Shown piece after piece: positions 18,924 to 29,115 of a DNA stretch of 64,000 nucleotides. Each line of letters starts with the position of its first letter. The stretch's first letter is position 1. The notes below the pieces were generated by a model. It worked only from the letters and a program-made list of their open reading frames with translations, was not told the origin of the DNA and did not search any database. Source of the stretch: a virus; the IMG/VR virus record IMGVR_UViG_3300042307_001176, positions 1 through 64,000 of that record; one strand, given 5' to 3'. The translations under genes were made by a program, and so were the position numbers.

Positions 18924-19937
18924 ATGAAGTCGATCTTAATACTTGATGCTTTTATCACTGACGAGGTGGATGAAAAAATTTTAAATAACTTTCTTGATTC
19001 GTCAAAAAGCTTTGGAGATGATGTGTTATTAATGACCAATACTAAGATTTCCAAGGAAACCCAAGATAAAGTAGATTTTCTTTTTTATGATAAAAGAAAT
19101 CAGCTTTTTACTGGTGAATACGAATTCGATAATAGCAAATTAGTTAGTTATTATACCATTAATGAATCATTTAAAGTATCAAACATTTTTATACACTCGC
19201 AGCCTCACGGTCTTTCAGTTTTAATTAATATATTTAATGGTGTAAAAATTGCAAAAGATCTGGGATATACTCATTTTTATAAGATGGAATATGATGCTCT
19301 ATTAGGTAATGAGACTAAAAATAGAATTAAAGAGATGAATAATTCTTGTGAATTAAATAGTAAAAAGGGTGTTTTTTTTACAGGGAAAGATGGCGAAGGT
19401 GGAGTTGAAGCACATTATTTCTTTTGTGAAATTGATTTTTTCTTAAATAATTTTTGGAATATTAGTAACGAGCAGGACTATATCGAATATTTGAATCGGG
19501 AAAATGGTAATCGTAATTTTGTGACGATGGAAGAATTTATGTATAAAAATTTAATAAAATCAAATACTGACGAATTATACATCTATGAAGAATTGAGGGA
19601 AGTATTTTCAGATACACATTTAAACACAAAACACACTAAGGTTTATTATGATGAAAAATTTAAAGATTGTTACACACGTTTTTATTTAATTAGGGATAGA
19701 CCTACTGTAGCTATTTATAGTGTTAATAAAAAACCAGCACCAGATTTTAGAAAGATTATTGTAGTCTTTACTGATGGAAATCAGATAGAATTGAATCACG
19801 AGTTTTTGTCTTATGGAGAGTGGTGCTATCATATAGTTGATAGTAATATTGAAAAAATGATGGTTTATGATAAGGATGATGTATTCTTATACGAAGATTA
19901 TTTTAAAAACATAGCAAACGAAATAGAATTTTATTAA
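18924..19937 (+). CDS. glycosyltransferase-like hypothetical protein
   Basis: AKDLGYTHFYKMEYD (DxD-like); first gene of the glycan island. Confidence 0.55.
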   Translation: MKSILILDAFITDEVDEKILNNFLDSSKSFGDDVLLMTNTKISKETQDKVDFLFYDKRNQLFTGEYEFDNSKLVSYYTINESFKVSNIFIHSQPHGLSVLINIFNGVKIAKDLGYTHFYKMEYDALLGNETKNRIKEMNNSCELNSKKGVFFTGKDGEGGVEAHYFFCEIDFFLNNFWNISNEQDYIEYLNRENGNRNFVTMEEFMYKNLIKSNTDELYIYEELREVFSDTHLNTKHTKVYYDEKFKDCYTRFYLIRDRPTVAIYSVNKKPAPDFRKIIVVFTDGNQIELNHEFLSYGEWCYHIVDSNIEKMMVYDKDDVFLYEDYFKNIANEIEFY

Positions 19938-19938
19938 T

Positions 19939-20583
19939 ATGGCACAAGGAGTACATAAAATTACTGAAGATTTTGAAAGATCCCTGTGTGATTACACGGG
20001 ATCACCTCATGCAATTGCATTGGACAACATGAGTAATGCTTTATTTTTAGCTTTGTATTACGAAAAAAACATAAAGAAAAGTTTATCATCAGGAAAAGTA
20101 GATTGCCCATCTAAAACATACCCCTCAGTTCCGTGTGAGATTATTCATGCAGGTCTTAAGGTTAATTTTACTCCTGTTAAGGGAGATAAGATTAAAGGTG
20201 CATATCAGCTATCGCCAAGTAATGTTTGGGATTCAGCATTAAGATTTGATGCTGATATGTATATTCCGGGATCGCATATGTGTCTTTCATTTACTGGTCC
20301 TTATAAGACATTAAAATTAAGTAAGGGAGGCGCAATTTTAACTGACGATTACCAAGCTATGCTATGGTTTAAAAGAGCAAGGTTTAGTGGAAGGAGAGAG
20401 TGCTCATATCATGATGATAATTTTGATATGCTGGGGTGGAATTTTTATATGATGCCAGAGTTAGCTGCGAGAGGATTATTAATGATGAGTCAATTTTATA
20501 ATTTAGATGGCTCTAAAAAACATAATGTTGATTTGGAATTACCATACCCTGATTTGTCCAAATTTAAAATATACAAACAATGA
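19939..20583 (+). CDS. short DegT/DnrJ/StrS PLP sugar aminotransferase-like protein
   Basis: FE..L..YTG, WDSA, CLSF..YKTL...KGGAILTDD, GWNFYM. Confidence 0.85.
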   Translation: MAQGVHKITEDFERSLCDYTGSPHAIALDNMSNALFLALYYEKNIKKSLSSGKVDCPSKTYPSVPCEIIHAGLKVNFTPVKGDKIKGAYQLSPSNVWDSALRFDADMYIPGSHMCLSFTGPYKTLKLSKGGAILTDDYQAMLWFKRARFSGRRECSYHDDNFDMLGWNFYMMPELAARGLLMMSQFYNLDGSKKHNVDLELPYPDLSKFKIYKQ

Positions 20584-22241
20584 GAATAGAGCAAACTAGC
20601 GTTGCAGGATGCCTTGGCTTCTTTAAGCCAGGATTCCTTGATAGATGGAAATTGGACGATTATAATGATGTAAATAAACCCTGCTTCTTTCTTGGAATAG
20701 AGCAGGTTGATATCATTAATAATCATAGAGGATTAAAGATTATCTATCCAATAAGTCCATATGATTGTACATTCCTTGAAAGAATAGAATACTCGGACAG
20801 CATCATCCTTATAGGAAGTCCATTCTTACCAGAGAATACAAGATATAAGATTAAGAATGTAGAATTGGAGCTTAAAGATTACTCAGAATTTAAACCAAAC
20901 GTGTTAGGTGATAAAATATATTGTTATATTGGATTCGAGTCAAGAAAGAATGAATTTGATTTTGATAGGATATGCAGGATACAAGAAAGAATAAACTACG
21001 AGATCATATATGTAAATACCGGTAGTCTATATGGGTACCTTCCCCCTAAAACACTAAAAGAAAACTATTACGATAGATGCTTTGTAAGTATAAACCTCAA
21101 TGGAGGAACGGGAATGACCACCGTCAGGGAATTGGGTTTAATGGGAAGAAATACCATTACAAATTCGAGATATAATTTTCCATCTATGCTAGAATATAAG
21201 AGTGATGACGATATAATTAGTCTCATAAATTCGGAGGCTAAAAAAATAGGAACCGTACAGGATTCAATGAATTGCCATAATGTGAATGATGAATGGCTTG
21301 ATTGTGATTTCTGGACCAATAATAATGAAGATATGAAAATAATAGAAATGAGAAATTCCTCTAATACACAGGGACTGCTTGATCTGATTAAAGCCTTACC
21401 AGATAATATTATAATGGGTGAGATTGGGTGTTATGCTGGAGAAAGCACCAGCATGTTTATGAAATCAGGCAAGGTAAGAAAAATGTACGCTATAGATATA
21501 TGGGAAGATGAATTGAACGTGTATGAGAATATAGAAAAAAATCATAGCTTCAGACTAGTAGAAACCAAATTTGATGATGCAACAAGGGGTATGAATATAG
21601 TCAAATTAAAAATGGATGCTGAGAGTGCATTACCAGAACTACCAGAGCTTGATGTAATATACATAGATGCAAATCACGAGTATGATTATATTAAAAAAGA
21701 TATAGAGGCTTCACTAAAAAGACTGAGTCCGGGATCGATTATTTGCGGTCATGACTATAATTTAGATTCTCCTGGAGTTATACGTGCAGTTAATGAATTT
21801 TTTGGAAAACCTGATAGAATATTTTCAGATTCAAGCTGGCTTGTTAAATTAAAAAATATAAAACTGGTACAATGCTCAGAGACATATTGGGAATTTGTTA
21901 GGTTATTAAGACTTGACGAAAGGGTTATTAATGGATTTATTAAAACATCACATATAAGCGCAGAGGAGCAGAGCGAATATATGAAAGTACACAGCAAAAA
22001 TTATCGAGTTGCATTATTTGATGGATCACCTGCCGGGTATATTGGTGTTATTGATGATGATATTAGGATCTGCACGCATCCAGATTTTCAAAGAATGGGT
22101 GTTGGTAGATTTATGGTTAATGAATGTATGGAAATCTGGAAATCTGCTTTTGCTAAAATAAAATTGGACAATTATGAGAGTATTAGATTTTTTGAATCAT
22201 GTGGATTTGAAAAGAAATTTTACATTCTAAAAAAAAATTAA
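20580..22241 (+). CDS. fusion of GT-like domain, class I methyltransferase and GNAT acetyltransferase
   Basis: EIGCYAGES, YIDANHEY, ICGHDY; HPDFQRMGVG, N.ES.RFFE.CGF. Confidence 0.8.
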   Translation: MRIEQTSVAGCLGFFKPGFLDRWKLDDYNDVNKPCFFLGIEQVDIINNHRGLKIIYPISPYDCTFLERIEYSDSIILIGSPFLPENTRYKIKNVELELKDYSEFKPNVLGDKIYCYIGFESRKNEFDFDRICRIQERINYEIIYVNTGSLYGYLPPKTLKENYYDRCFVSINLNGGTGMTTVRELGLMGRNTITNSRYNFPSMLEYKSDDDIISLINSEAKKIGTVQDSMNCHNVNDEWLDCDFWTNNNEDMKIIEMRNSSNTQGLLDLIKALPDNIIMGEIGCYAGESTSMFMKSGKVRKMYAIDIWEDELNVYENIEKNHSFRLVETKFDDATRGMNIVKLKMDAESALPELPELDVIYIDANHEYDYIKKDIEASLKRLSPGSIICGHDYNLDSPGVIRAVNEFFGKPDRIFSDSSWLVKLKNIKLVQCSETYWEFVRLLRLDERVINGFIKTSHISAEEQSEYMKVHSKNYRVALFDGSPAGYIGVIDDDIRICTHPDFQRMGVGRFMVNECMEIWKSAFAKIKLDNYESIRFFESCGFEKKFYILKKN

Positions 22242-22243
22242 TT

Positions 22244-22870
22244 ATGCTACATAATCCATATAAGATAGTGCAGATGTTTGAGGAGGAGATTGCTGAATAT
22301 ACAGGATCAACCTACGCTGTATCGGTTGATAGCTGCACTAGTGCTATTTTTCTGTGTTGTAAATACCTAAATGTTGGTAGTGTTACTATACCATCAAAAA
22401 CATACCTTTCTGTGCCTATGAGCATAATAAATGCTGGAGGTGATGTCATTTTTGATACTAACCAGGAAACAAACCACTGGGTAGGCCAATACCAACTTAA
22501 GCCATATTCTATTTATGACTCAGCAAAAAGATTAACATCCAGCATGTATATTAGCAGTTCGTTTATGTGTCTTTCTTTTCATATCAAGAAACAGCTACCT
22601 ATAGGTAAAGGAGGAATGATATTGACAGATAATAAGGATGCAGCAGATTGGTTTAAGCGTGCAAGATACGAGGGAAGAAGTGAGAAATATTATAAGGATG
22701 ATAATATCGATATGATTGGCTGGAATATGTATATGACGCCACAGGAAGCTGCACATGGTTTATGTTTAATGCAAAATTATCCTAGACATAATTCGGATAT
22801 GAGCGAATTGAATGGCTATAGGGATTTAACTGAATTCACGATATTCAAAAATAATAAAATAATAAAATAA
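22244..22870 (+). CDS. short DegT/DnrJ PLP sugar aminotransferase-like protein (paralog)
   Basis: AVSVDSCTSA, YDSA, CLSFHIKKQL..GKGGMILTD. Confidence 0.85.
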   Translation: MLHNPYKIVQMFEEEIAEYTGSTYAVSVDSCTSAIFLCCKYLNVGSVTIPSKTYLSVPMSIINAGGDVIFDTNQETNHWVGQYQLKPYSIYDSAKRLTSSMYISSSFMCLSFHIKKQLPIGKGGMILTDNKDAADWFKRARYEGRSEKYYKDDNIDMIGWNMYMTPQEAAHGLCLMQNYPRHNSDMSELNGYRDLTEFTIFKNNKIIK

Positions 22871-22873
22871 TAT

Positions 22874-23500
22874 ATGAATAATATTATATACGATAATAGA
22901 TATGATTTAATTAGTGATTTAAAAAAATTAATTCCAAGCGGTAAAGGAGTTGAAATTGGTGTGTTTAAAGGAGAATTTTCTAAACACATTTTAAACAACT
23001 GGGAAGGAACCCTTTATATGGTTGATGTTTGGAGACCATTGGGTGATGAATATGAGGATGATAGTAATCATAAAAATCATATGGAAGCTTATCAAGATAC
23101 TATGGAAAATATTAAAGGTTTTGAGGATAAAGGTATTATGGTAAGATCAACTTCAGAAATCGCTGCGGATATGTTTCAAGACGAGTCATTAGACTTTATT
23201 TTTATTGATGCTAATCACGCTTATGATTTTGTTGTTGAAGACATTAGTTTATGGTTCCCAAAGTTAAAAAAAGGTGGTATCTTTTCAGGACATGACTATA
23301 TTAATATGGATTGGTATAATGACCCAAATTTTGCTCCGAACGGGAAAGATAAATATATTTATACCTCAAGATTAGATGGTACTCCAATATATAATGGGAT
23401 TTTTGGTGTTAATACTGCTGTTGATGAGTTTTGCAATAAACATGGATACACTCCTAATTTAACTAAAGAGTGGTTTGGTACTTGGTGGTTTATTAAATAA
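22874..23500 (+). CDS. class I SAM methyltransferase (Methyltransf_24-like)
   Basis: EIGVFKG, VDVW, LDFIFIDANH.Y, GHDY. Confidence 0.9.
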   Translation: MNNIIYDNRYDLISDLKKLIPSGKGVEIGVFKGEFSKHILNNWEGTLYMVDVWRPLGDEYEDDSNHKNHMEAYQDTMENIKGFEDKGIMVRSTSEIAADMFQDESLDFIFIDANHAYDFVVEDISLWFPKLKKGGIFSGHDYINMDWYNDPNFAPNGKDKYIYTSRLDGTPIYNGIFGVNTAVDEFCNKHGYTPNLTKEWFGTWWFIK

Positions 23501-23570
23501 TAAAATAATATATTAATAATATTATGTACGATCATGGAGCTGATTTATTAAAATTTAAAGTTTATAATCA

Positions 23571-24275
23571 ATGAAACAATTATTTTTAGAAGGATACCTG
23601 GATTATCTAAATCATATGCGGGGAGTAATACAGGATTATGATAATTCTGTAGGACACGGAACTCGAAGAAAACAATGTCAAACTTTAATCGATTCAATAA
23701 ATGACAGCTTCAAATTTGAAAATATTATTTTTTTAGAGACTGGTGCTTCTTCAAGTTATGGAGATGGGTTATTTGGCTTATTTTTAGGTTATGTTGCAAA
23801 AAAAACGGGAGGTAAAATGATCTCAGTTGATATATTTCCAGATATTACAGAAAAAAGTAAAGCAATATTTAAAAATGCAATTCCGGGATTAGATTACTCT
23901 ATTCACGTTGATGATTCTGTTTCTTTTCTAAAGGGGCTTGAAGAAATCCCAAATTTAGTTCATTTAGATAGTTGGGATTTTGATTTATTTAATCCGTTAC
24001 CAAGTGCGTTACATGGATGGGAAGAATTCAAATCAATCGAATCAAAAATGGAGAGTGGAAGTATTATAATAATCGATGATAATTATCGACAAGGTACTTA
24101 TCTTGAATGGTTTCATAACGATGGCCAAAGGGCTGACGATGTGATTAAATATCCAATGATCGGTAAAGGAGCTCATGTATATCAACATGTGTTAAATAAT
24201 GTTACTGATTGGAAATTGATTGGTGCTCACTACGATACTCACGATAACATTAAAATTATTATTCAGAAGAAATGA
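23571..24275 (+). CDS. methyltransferase-like protein
   Basis: LETG, SVDI, DSV.FL, HLDSWD, IIIDD, GKG. Confidence 0.75.
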   Translation: MKQLFLEGYLDYLNHMRGVIQDYDNSVGHGTRRKQCQTLIDSINDSFKFENIIFLETGASSSYGDGLFGLFLGYVAKKTGGKMISVDIFPDITEKSKAIFKNAIPGLDYSIHVDDSVSFLKGLEEIPNLVHLDSWDFDLFNPLPSALHGWEEFKSIESKMESGSIIIIDDNYRQGTYLEWFHNDGQRADDVIKYPMIGKGAHVYQHVLNNVTDWKLIGAHYDTHDNIKIIIQKK

Positions 24276-24850
24276 AAAGGGCATTAATCGGATATGGTGG
24301 ACACGCAAGAGAAGTCATGGCTCAAATGGGTGCTAAATTAACTTGTTTTGTTGACGACGAATATGTTGTGTACGGGACAAATCGAATATCTGAGTTTGAT
24401 CCTAATGAATATGATGTAATGGTTGCTGTTTCTAATTCAAAAGACCGATTTGATATTACCCAAAGATTACCTAAAGAAACAAAATATTTCAGCTGGGTTC
24501 ATCCAACGGCTTTAATTATGGATGAAAATATTGAAATAGGTGATGGGAGTTTTATTGGTGCTTATTCAATTTTAACTACAAATATAAAGATAGGTAAACA
24601 CGCAATTCTAAATAGAGGTAATCACATTGGACATGATTGTGAAATAGGAGATTACTTTAGTGCTATGCCGGGTGCGATTGTTTCTGGTAATGTTAAAATA
24701 TTTGATTGTGTTTATATGGGTAATAACTCATCTATAAGAGAAAAATTATCAATTCATAGTTTATCCACAATTGGTATGAATAGTGCGGTTGTTAAACATA
24801 TTGGAGAACCCGGAATTTACGTAGGTTGTCCTACAAAAATGATTAAATAA
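24272..24850 (+). CDS. NeuD/PglD-type sugar acetyltransferase
   Basis: IGYGGHAREV, HPTA, IGHDC and hexapeptide repeats. Confidence 0.9.
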   Translation: MKRALIGYGGHAREVMAQMGAKLTCFVDDEYVVYGTNRISEFDPNEYDVMVAVSNSKDRFDITQRLPKETKYFSWVHPTALIMDENIEIGDGSFIGAYSILTTNIKIGKHAILNRGNHIGHDCEIGDYFSAMPGAIVSGNVKIFDCVYMGNNSSIREKLSIHSLSTIGMNSAVVKHIGEPGIYVGCPTKMIK

Positions 24851-24851
24851 T

Positions 24852-25769
24852 ATGTTATTAAAGAGTAGTGAAAATAAATTAACTTTTATAGTTAACACGA
24901 TGATTTCAATCGGGTTAGAAAATAAAGGAGCATCTTTTGCTTTACATAAATTAGCATATGAGATAGCTTTAAAGGGGCATCATGTTTATGTGTTTAATAA
25001 CCCAAAATATAATCACGAGAATATTGAGGTTATACCAACACATGTCTCAGAAATTTTTGATGATGGGTGGAGAAACAATTTTACATGGGAAGGATTTAAT
25101 TTCAATTTAAGTAGAACAATATCCATTTCACCACAAACAACATATGGTAATCAATTTAATACTATGTACAATTCTAGATGGATATTACATGATTATTCAC
25201 AAGAACAATGGGATACATTTAATGTTGATGATGTTATTTTTAATTATGGTACCTTCAAAGTACCTGAAGGGGCCAAACAACTTCCATTGACCGTTTTTGA
25301 TTATAATTTTGATAAATTTTATAATACTAATAACCCGCGTCGAAAAGGATTCGGACATATTATACATAAAAATACACCTGATTGGGGAATAGAATTTTTA
25401 AATCATTTAGGGTCAACAGATATACCACATTATAATGGAAAAAAGGATCTAGATTATTTGTTAGATGAATTTAATAAATATGAATATGTTTTAACATTTG
25501 ACGATAAAAGTTATTATACTACCGCAGCTACATTATGCGGGGCTAAAAGTATAATACTAAATCCAAATAAAGATATTACACCTATTGAATATCGATTACA
25601 AAATCCAATTCAGATGTGCGGGGTTGCTTATGGTATGAATGATATTAAATGGGCTGAACAAACAATTGGGTTAGTTAAAGATAATTTATTAGAATTAGAA
25701 AAACGAGATGGTAGAACTATTGATGAATTTATAAAATATTGGGAAAATAAAATTTTAAAAAATGAATAA
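24852..25769 (+). CDS. glycosyltransferase-like protein
   Basis: LHKLAYE, FNKYEY...DD.SY...AA.LCG. Confidence 0.6.
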   Translation: MLLKSSENKLTFIVNTMISIGLENKGASFALHKLAYEIALKGHHVYVFNNPKYNHENIEVIPTHVSEIFDDGWRNNFTWEGFNFNLSRTISISPQTTYGNQFNTMYNSRWILHDYSQEQWDTFNVDDVIFNYGTFKVPEGAKQLPLTVFDYNFDKFYNTNNPRRKGFGHIIHKNTPDWGIEFLNHLGSTDIPHYNGKKDLDYLLDEFNKYEYVLTFDDKSYYTTAATLCGAKSIILNPNKDITPIEYRLQNPIQMCGVAYGMNDIKWAEQTIGLVKDNLLELEKRDGRTIDEFIKYWENKILKNE

Positions 25770-27627
25770 TAAAATAGTTTTAATACAAGTTTGGTTTGGT
25801 AAAATACCAGACTACTTTTGGTTTCATTATGAAACCACGAAAGATATTATTGGGTTTGACTTTATATTATTCACTGATCAAGATATTAAATTAGATTCTA
25901 AAAACTATACAGTAGTTAATACAACAAAGGATGATATTGAAATAAGACTGTCTGGTAAATTAAACTATAATATTAAGATATCGAATAATAAAAAAACTTG
26001 CGATCTAAAGGCAGCTTTCGGTGATATATTTGAGGAATATCTTGTAGATTATGATTATTTCGGTTGTTACGATATCGATACTTTATTCGGTGATGTCTAT
26101 AATGGAGTAAAACCATATTTGAATCATTATGATTTTATTACTATTGGCGAAGAAACTTTCCATAATAGATTAGCAGGTCCATTTTTAATTATAAAAAATA
26201 CTCAAGATTTACGAGATCTTTATAAAAAAGGTGATTATATTGGATGTATGTTAAGTGATAACGTTGAGTGTTACGAAGAACATACTTTAAGTGATTTGGC
26301 TAAAGAAAAATACAAGGTCAAGATCTTCAATTCAATGAATTGTGAATCCGAAAATGGAGGTAAGAACACCTATGATGTTTGTTGGAGTGGAGGTAAATTA
26401 ATAGTTGGTGATGTAGAAAAGCATCTCTATCATTTCATTAGAAAAGATCACACAATTTTTCAAAAAGTCGAAAATAAGATCTTTGGACGATACGACAAGA
26501 AGTTTATTGGCGATTTTTATTGGGTGTTTGGGTTTACGGAAAATTATTCCCATACAATTTCATTCTTAATGGATTCAATAAATAAATACTCCAATAGAAA
26601 ATGTATAATTTACTCTATTAATTTTGATTACAACATACCAAATAAATTCTTAACCAGTGATCAATTTATCTTTAAAAGAATTGACATAGAATCAGGAAAG
26701 AAAGATTCAAGAGGAAGGGATGAAAATATCATTAGTTGTAAGCCAAGATTAATGGTGGATGTTATTAATTTCTTACCGGATAAGAAATTTATATTCATTG
26801 ATAGTGATGTGTATTTAACAACAGCTTCTGACGACTTCGCATCATATTTTAATCAACTCGAAAATTATCCTCTAATTAATCAACACACTCATGATAGATT
26901 GTATTTGTGTAATATAATCGATGGTGAAGACTGGACTAGTACTGTTGATATTTTAGCAGAAGCAGCAAACGTAGAAGTTACTGTATTTCCTAGAAGAAAA
27001 ACAAACGTAATGTTATTCGACAAAAACTCCGAATGGTTTTTTAAAGAACAACTACAAATGTATGAGGAGTATAAGGATAGCAGACCCGGTATTTTTACAT
27101 TACATGATGAGGATTCAGCGAATGTTATTTTATCAAAATATGGTTTAAATAAATCATTACATTTATGTGATATAGAGGAATCATCAAACATTAACATGTC
27201 TAAATTTACAGATATGAATCATCCTTTCCATGCAACTGAACTTTCGGAGCATTTAATATTACCTAGTCATCAGAATGATGTATTTTGCTTTCATGGATTA
27301 AAACATGATTGGCAGTATAAAAACATCCAAGGTGATTATGGCAACTCTGTAATTGATTGCGAGGAGATTTTGGTTTACTATAAAGACAACAGCATCTCAT
27401 TCGATAAAAATTCTTTCTTGAGCACTAAAAAAATTAATGAGAATGTCGATTTTATTATTAAAACAATCGACGGAAAGGTGGTAGAATCTTTAAAAAATCA
27501 GAACTTATTTCAATATTGGTTATTTTACATATCAGATATAGAATTAACAGATAGAAGGTATATAGTTGAAATAGTTAAAACAAACAGCAGAGTAAAAATA
27601 TATAACAATTTATTAGAGATATCATGA
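25762..27627 (+). CDS. two-domain glycosyltransferase-like protein (DUF6625-like plus GT-A)
   Basis: WFGK.P.YF, K.CDLK.AFG.IF, GCYDID; second domain FIFIDSD, HDE. Confidence 0.75.
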   Translation: MNNKIVLIQVWFGKIPDYFWFHYETTKDIIGFDFILFTDQDIKLDSKNYTVVNTTKDDIEIRLSGKLNYNIKISNNKKTCDLKAAFGDIFEEYLVDYDYFGCYDIDTLFGDVYNGVKPYLNHYDFITIGEETFHNRLAGPFLIIKNTQDLRDLYKKGDYIGCMLSDNVECYEEHTLSDLAKEKYKVKIFNSMNCESENGGKNTYDVCWSGGKLIVGDVEKHLYHFIRKDHTIFQKVENKIFGRYDKKFIGDFYWVFGFTENYSHTISFLMDSINKYSNRKCIIYSINFDYNIPNKFLTSDQFIFKRIDIESGKKDSRGRDENIISCKPRLMVDVINFLPDKKFIFIDSDVYLTTASDDFASYFNQLENYPLINQHTHDRLYLCNIIDGEDWTSTVDILAEAANVEVTVFPRRKTNVMLFDKNSEWFFKEQLQMYEEYKDSRPGIFTLHDEDSANVILSKYGLNKSLHLCDIEESSNINMSKFTDMNHPFHATELSEHLILPSHQNDVFCFHGLKHDWQYKNIQGDYGNSVIDCEEILVYYKDNSISFDKNSFLSTKKINENVDFIIKTIDGKVVESLKNQNLFQYWLFYISDIELTDRRYIVEIVKTNSRVKIYNNLLEIS

Positions 27628-28172
27628 TAGAAAATATACATTTATGGAATGCGGACAGAGGAACTTATTTTGATCGAAATGTCAATATAATTTCTTGGAG
27701 CGATGAATACAAGATCAATGTTGGAAAGTATTGTTCAATAGGTAGGGATTGTAATTTCTTTTTACATGCTAATCATAGATCTGATTGGATAACAACAAGT
27801 TCACAGCTTCTAGGACCGGTTACTAATGAGATTGCAGAAATGCACATGGGAATGGGACATCCTTCTTGTAAGGGAGATATAACAATAGGAAGTGATGTCT
27901 GGATTGGCGCTAAATCAACTATAATGTCCGGTGTTAGGATTGGACACGGATCAATTGTTGCTGCTGGTTCTTTAGTCACAAAAGATGTTGAGCCATATTC
28001 AGTTGTAGGAGGAAACCCAGCAAAGCATTTAAAGTATAGATTTGAAGATCAGCAGATAATTGACTTATTAGACATAGCTTGGTGGGATTGGACCGAAACT
28101 AAGATAAAAGAAAATGCTATGATAATGTGGAGTCAAGACATAAATTATTTCATTAAAAAACATAAAAAATGA
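27624..28172 (+). CDS. CatB/Vat-type hexapeptide O-acetyltransferase
   Basis: GKYCSIG, IGSDVWIG, VTKDVEPY.VVGGNPA..KYRF, WWDW. Confidence 0.9.
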   Translation: MIENIHLWNADRGTYFDRNVNIISWSDEYKINVGKYCSIGRDCNFFLHANHRSDWITTSSQLLGPVTNEIAEMHMGMGHPSCKGDITIGSDVWIGAKSTIMSGVRIGHGSIVAAGSLVTKDVEPYSVVGGNPAKHLKYRFEDQQIIDLLDIAWWDWTETKIKENAMIMWSQDINYFIKKHKK

Positions 28173-29011
28173 TTACTGTAACATATAACACTGATGGTAT
28201 TAAAGTTAATGTAGGTGAAATTAGTAAATACAATAAAAATTTACCCCTAAGATTAAAAATAAAAAAACATGTAAGTGGTGAAGAACAATGGTCAACCGAG
28301 CTAAATGATAATTGGTTTGCTACTTTCCCTAATACTGAAATGTTCGATGTTGAGATATGTGATAGCACAGATAGGCTAGTTTATAAAAAAGAATGGGACA
28401 TTATGGAGCATGGAAATCATTTTTATAAATCTCTATACATATTTAATAAGAGCATTATATCAGCAGGAAAATTTCCAAGAGGACTTGTTATAGGAACTCA
28501 TGACGGCGAGTTTGGAGAATGGGTACCAATTGTCGAAAAAAGAGAGTGTGAGATTATACTGGTCGAAGCTTCAGATAAACAATATAATAGATTAAAGAAT
28601 AACTACAAGAATAATTCTCTAGTTAAAACAGTACAGGAATTAGTAACTACCAACGGAGAGGACGTTGAGTTTTTTGAAGGAGGCGCGGGATACACTAATA
28701 CGATTGTCGAGAATGTTATCAGACATTGGGAGACTGAAGAAATTAGTTCTTCGAAAAGAAAATCAATTAGTATTACTGATTTAATTATGAATGAATGCAA
28801 AGGGCATATTGATTGGCTACATTTAGATGTGGAAGGACTAGATGCTGAGCTGATTATGAGTATAGATGAATCCAAGATTAAATTGCCAGATCTTATCATA
28901 TTTGAAGATTATAATTTAACACAGGATAAAAAAGAAGAAATTTATAACTGGTTTCAAAGTCGGGGATATCAAACTTATTCCGATGGCGGAATTTGTGAAG
29001 CAATTAAATAG
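28169..29011 (+). CDS. FkbM-like methyltransferase
   Basis: IGTHDG, LVEA, DWLHLDVEGLD, IIFE. Confidence 0.8.
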   Translation: MITVTYNTDGIKVNVGEISKYNKNLPLRLKIKKHVSGEEQWSTELNDNWFATFPNTEMFDVEICDSTDRLVYKKEWDIMEHGNHFYKSLYIFNKSIISAGKFPRGLVIGTHDGEFGEWVPIVEKRECEIILVEASDKQYNRLKNNYKNNSLVKTVQELVTTNGEDVEFFEGGAGYTNTIVENVIRHWETEEISSSKRKSISITDLIMNECKGHIDWLHLDVEGLDAELIMSIDESKIKLPDLIIFEDYNLTQDKKEEIYNWFQSRGYQTYSDGGICEAIK

Positions 29012-29051
29012 AATCACTCTTTTATTTTTGTGCGATTTCGAAAGATAGAAG

Positions 29052-29088
29052 AATCATTTTTTTATAAAATAAGAATTTTCTACTTTAG
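29052..29088 (+). promoter_or_regulatory. class E promoter AATCATTTTTTT-N17-TACTTTAG
   Basis: 29 nt offset; precedes the sigma factor. Confidence 0.75.
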
Positions 29089-29115
29089 CGTTTATAAACT
29101 TTTAAAACCTTATAA

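Noticed and set aside
27624-28172. Antibiotic-resistance cat/vat gene
   Set aside because: The hexapeptide acetyltransferase lies inside a glycan island, so sugar O-acetylation is more parsimonious.
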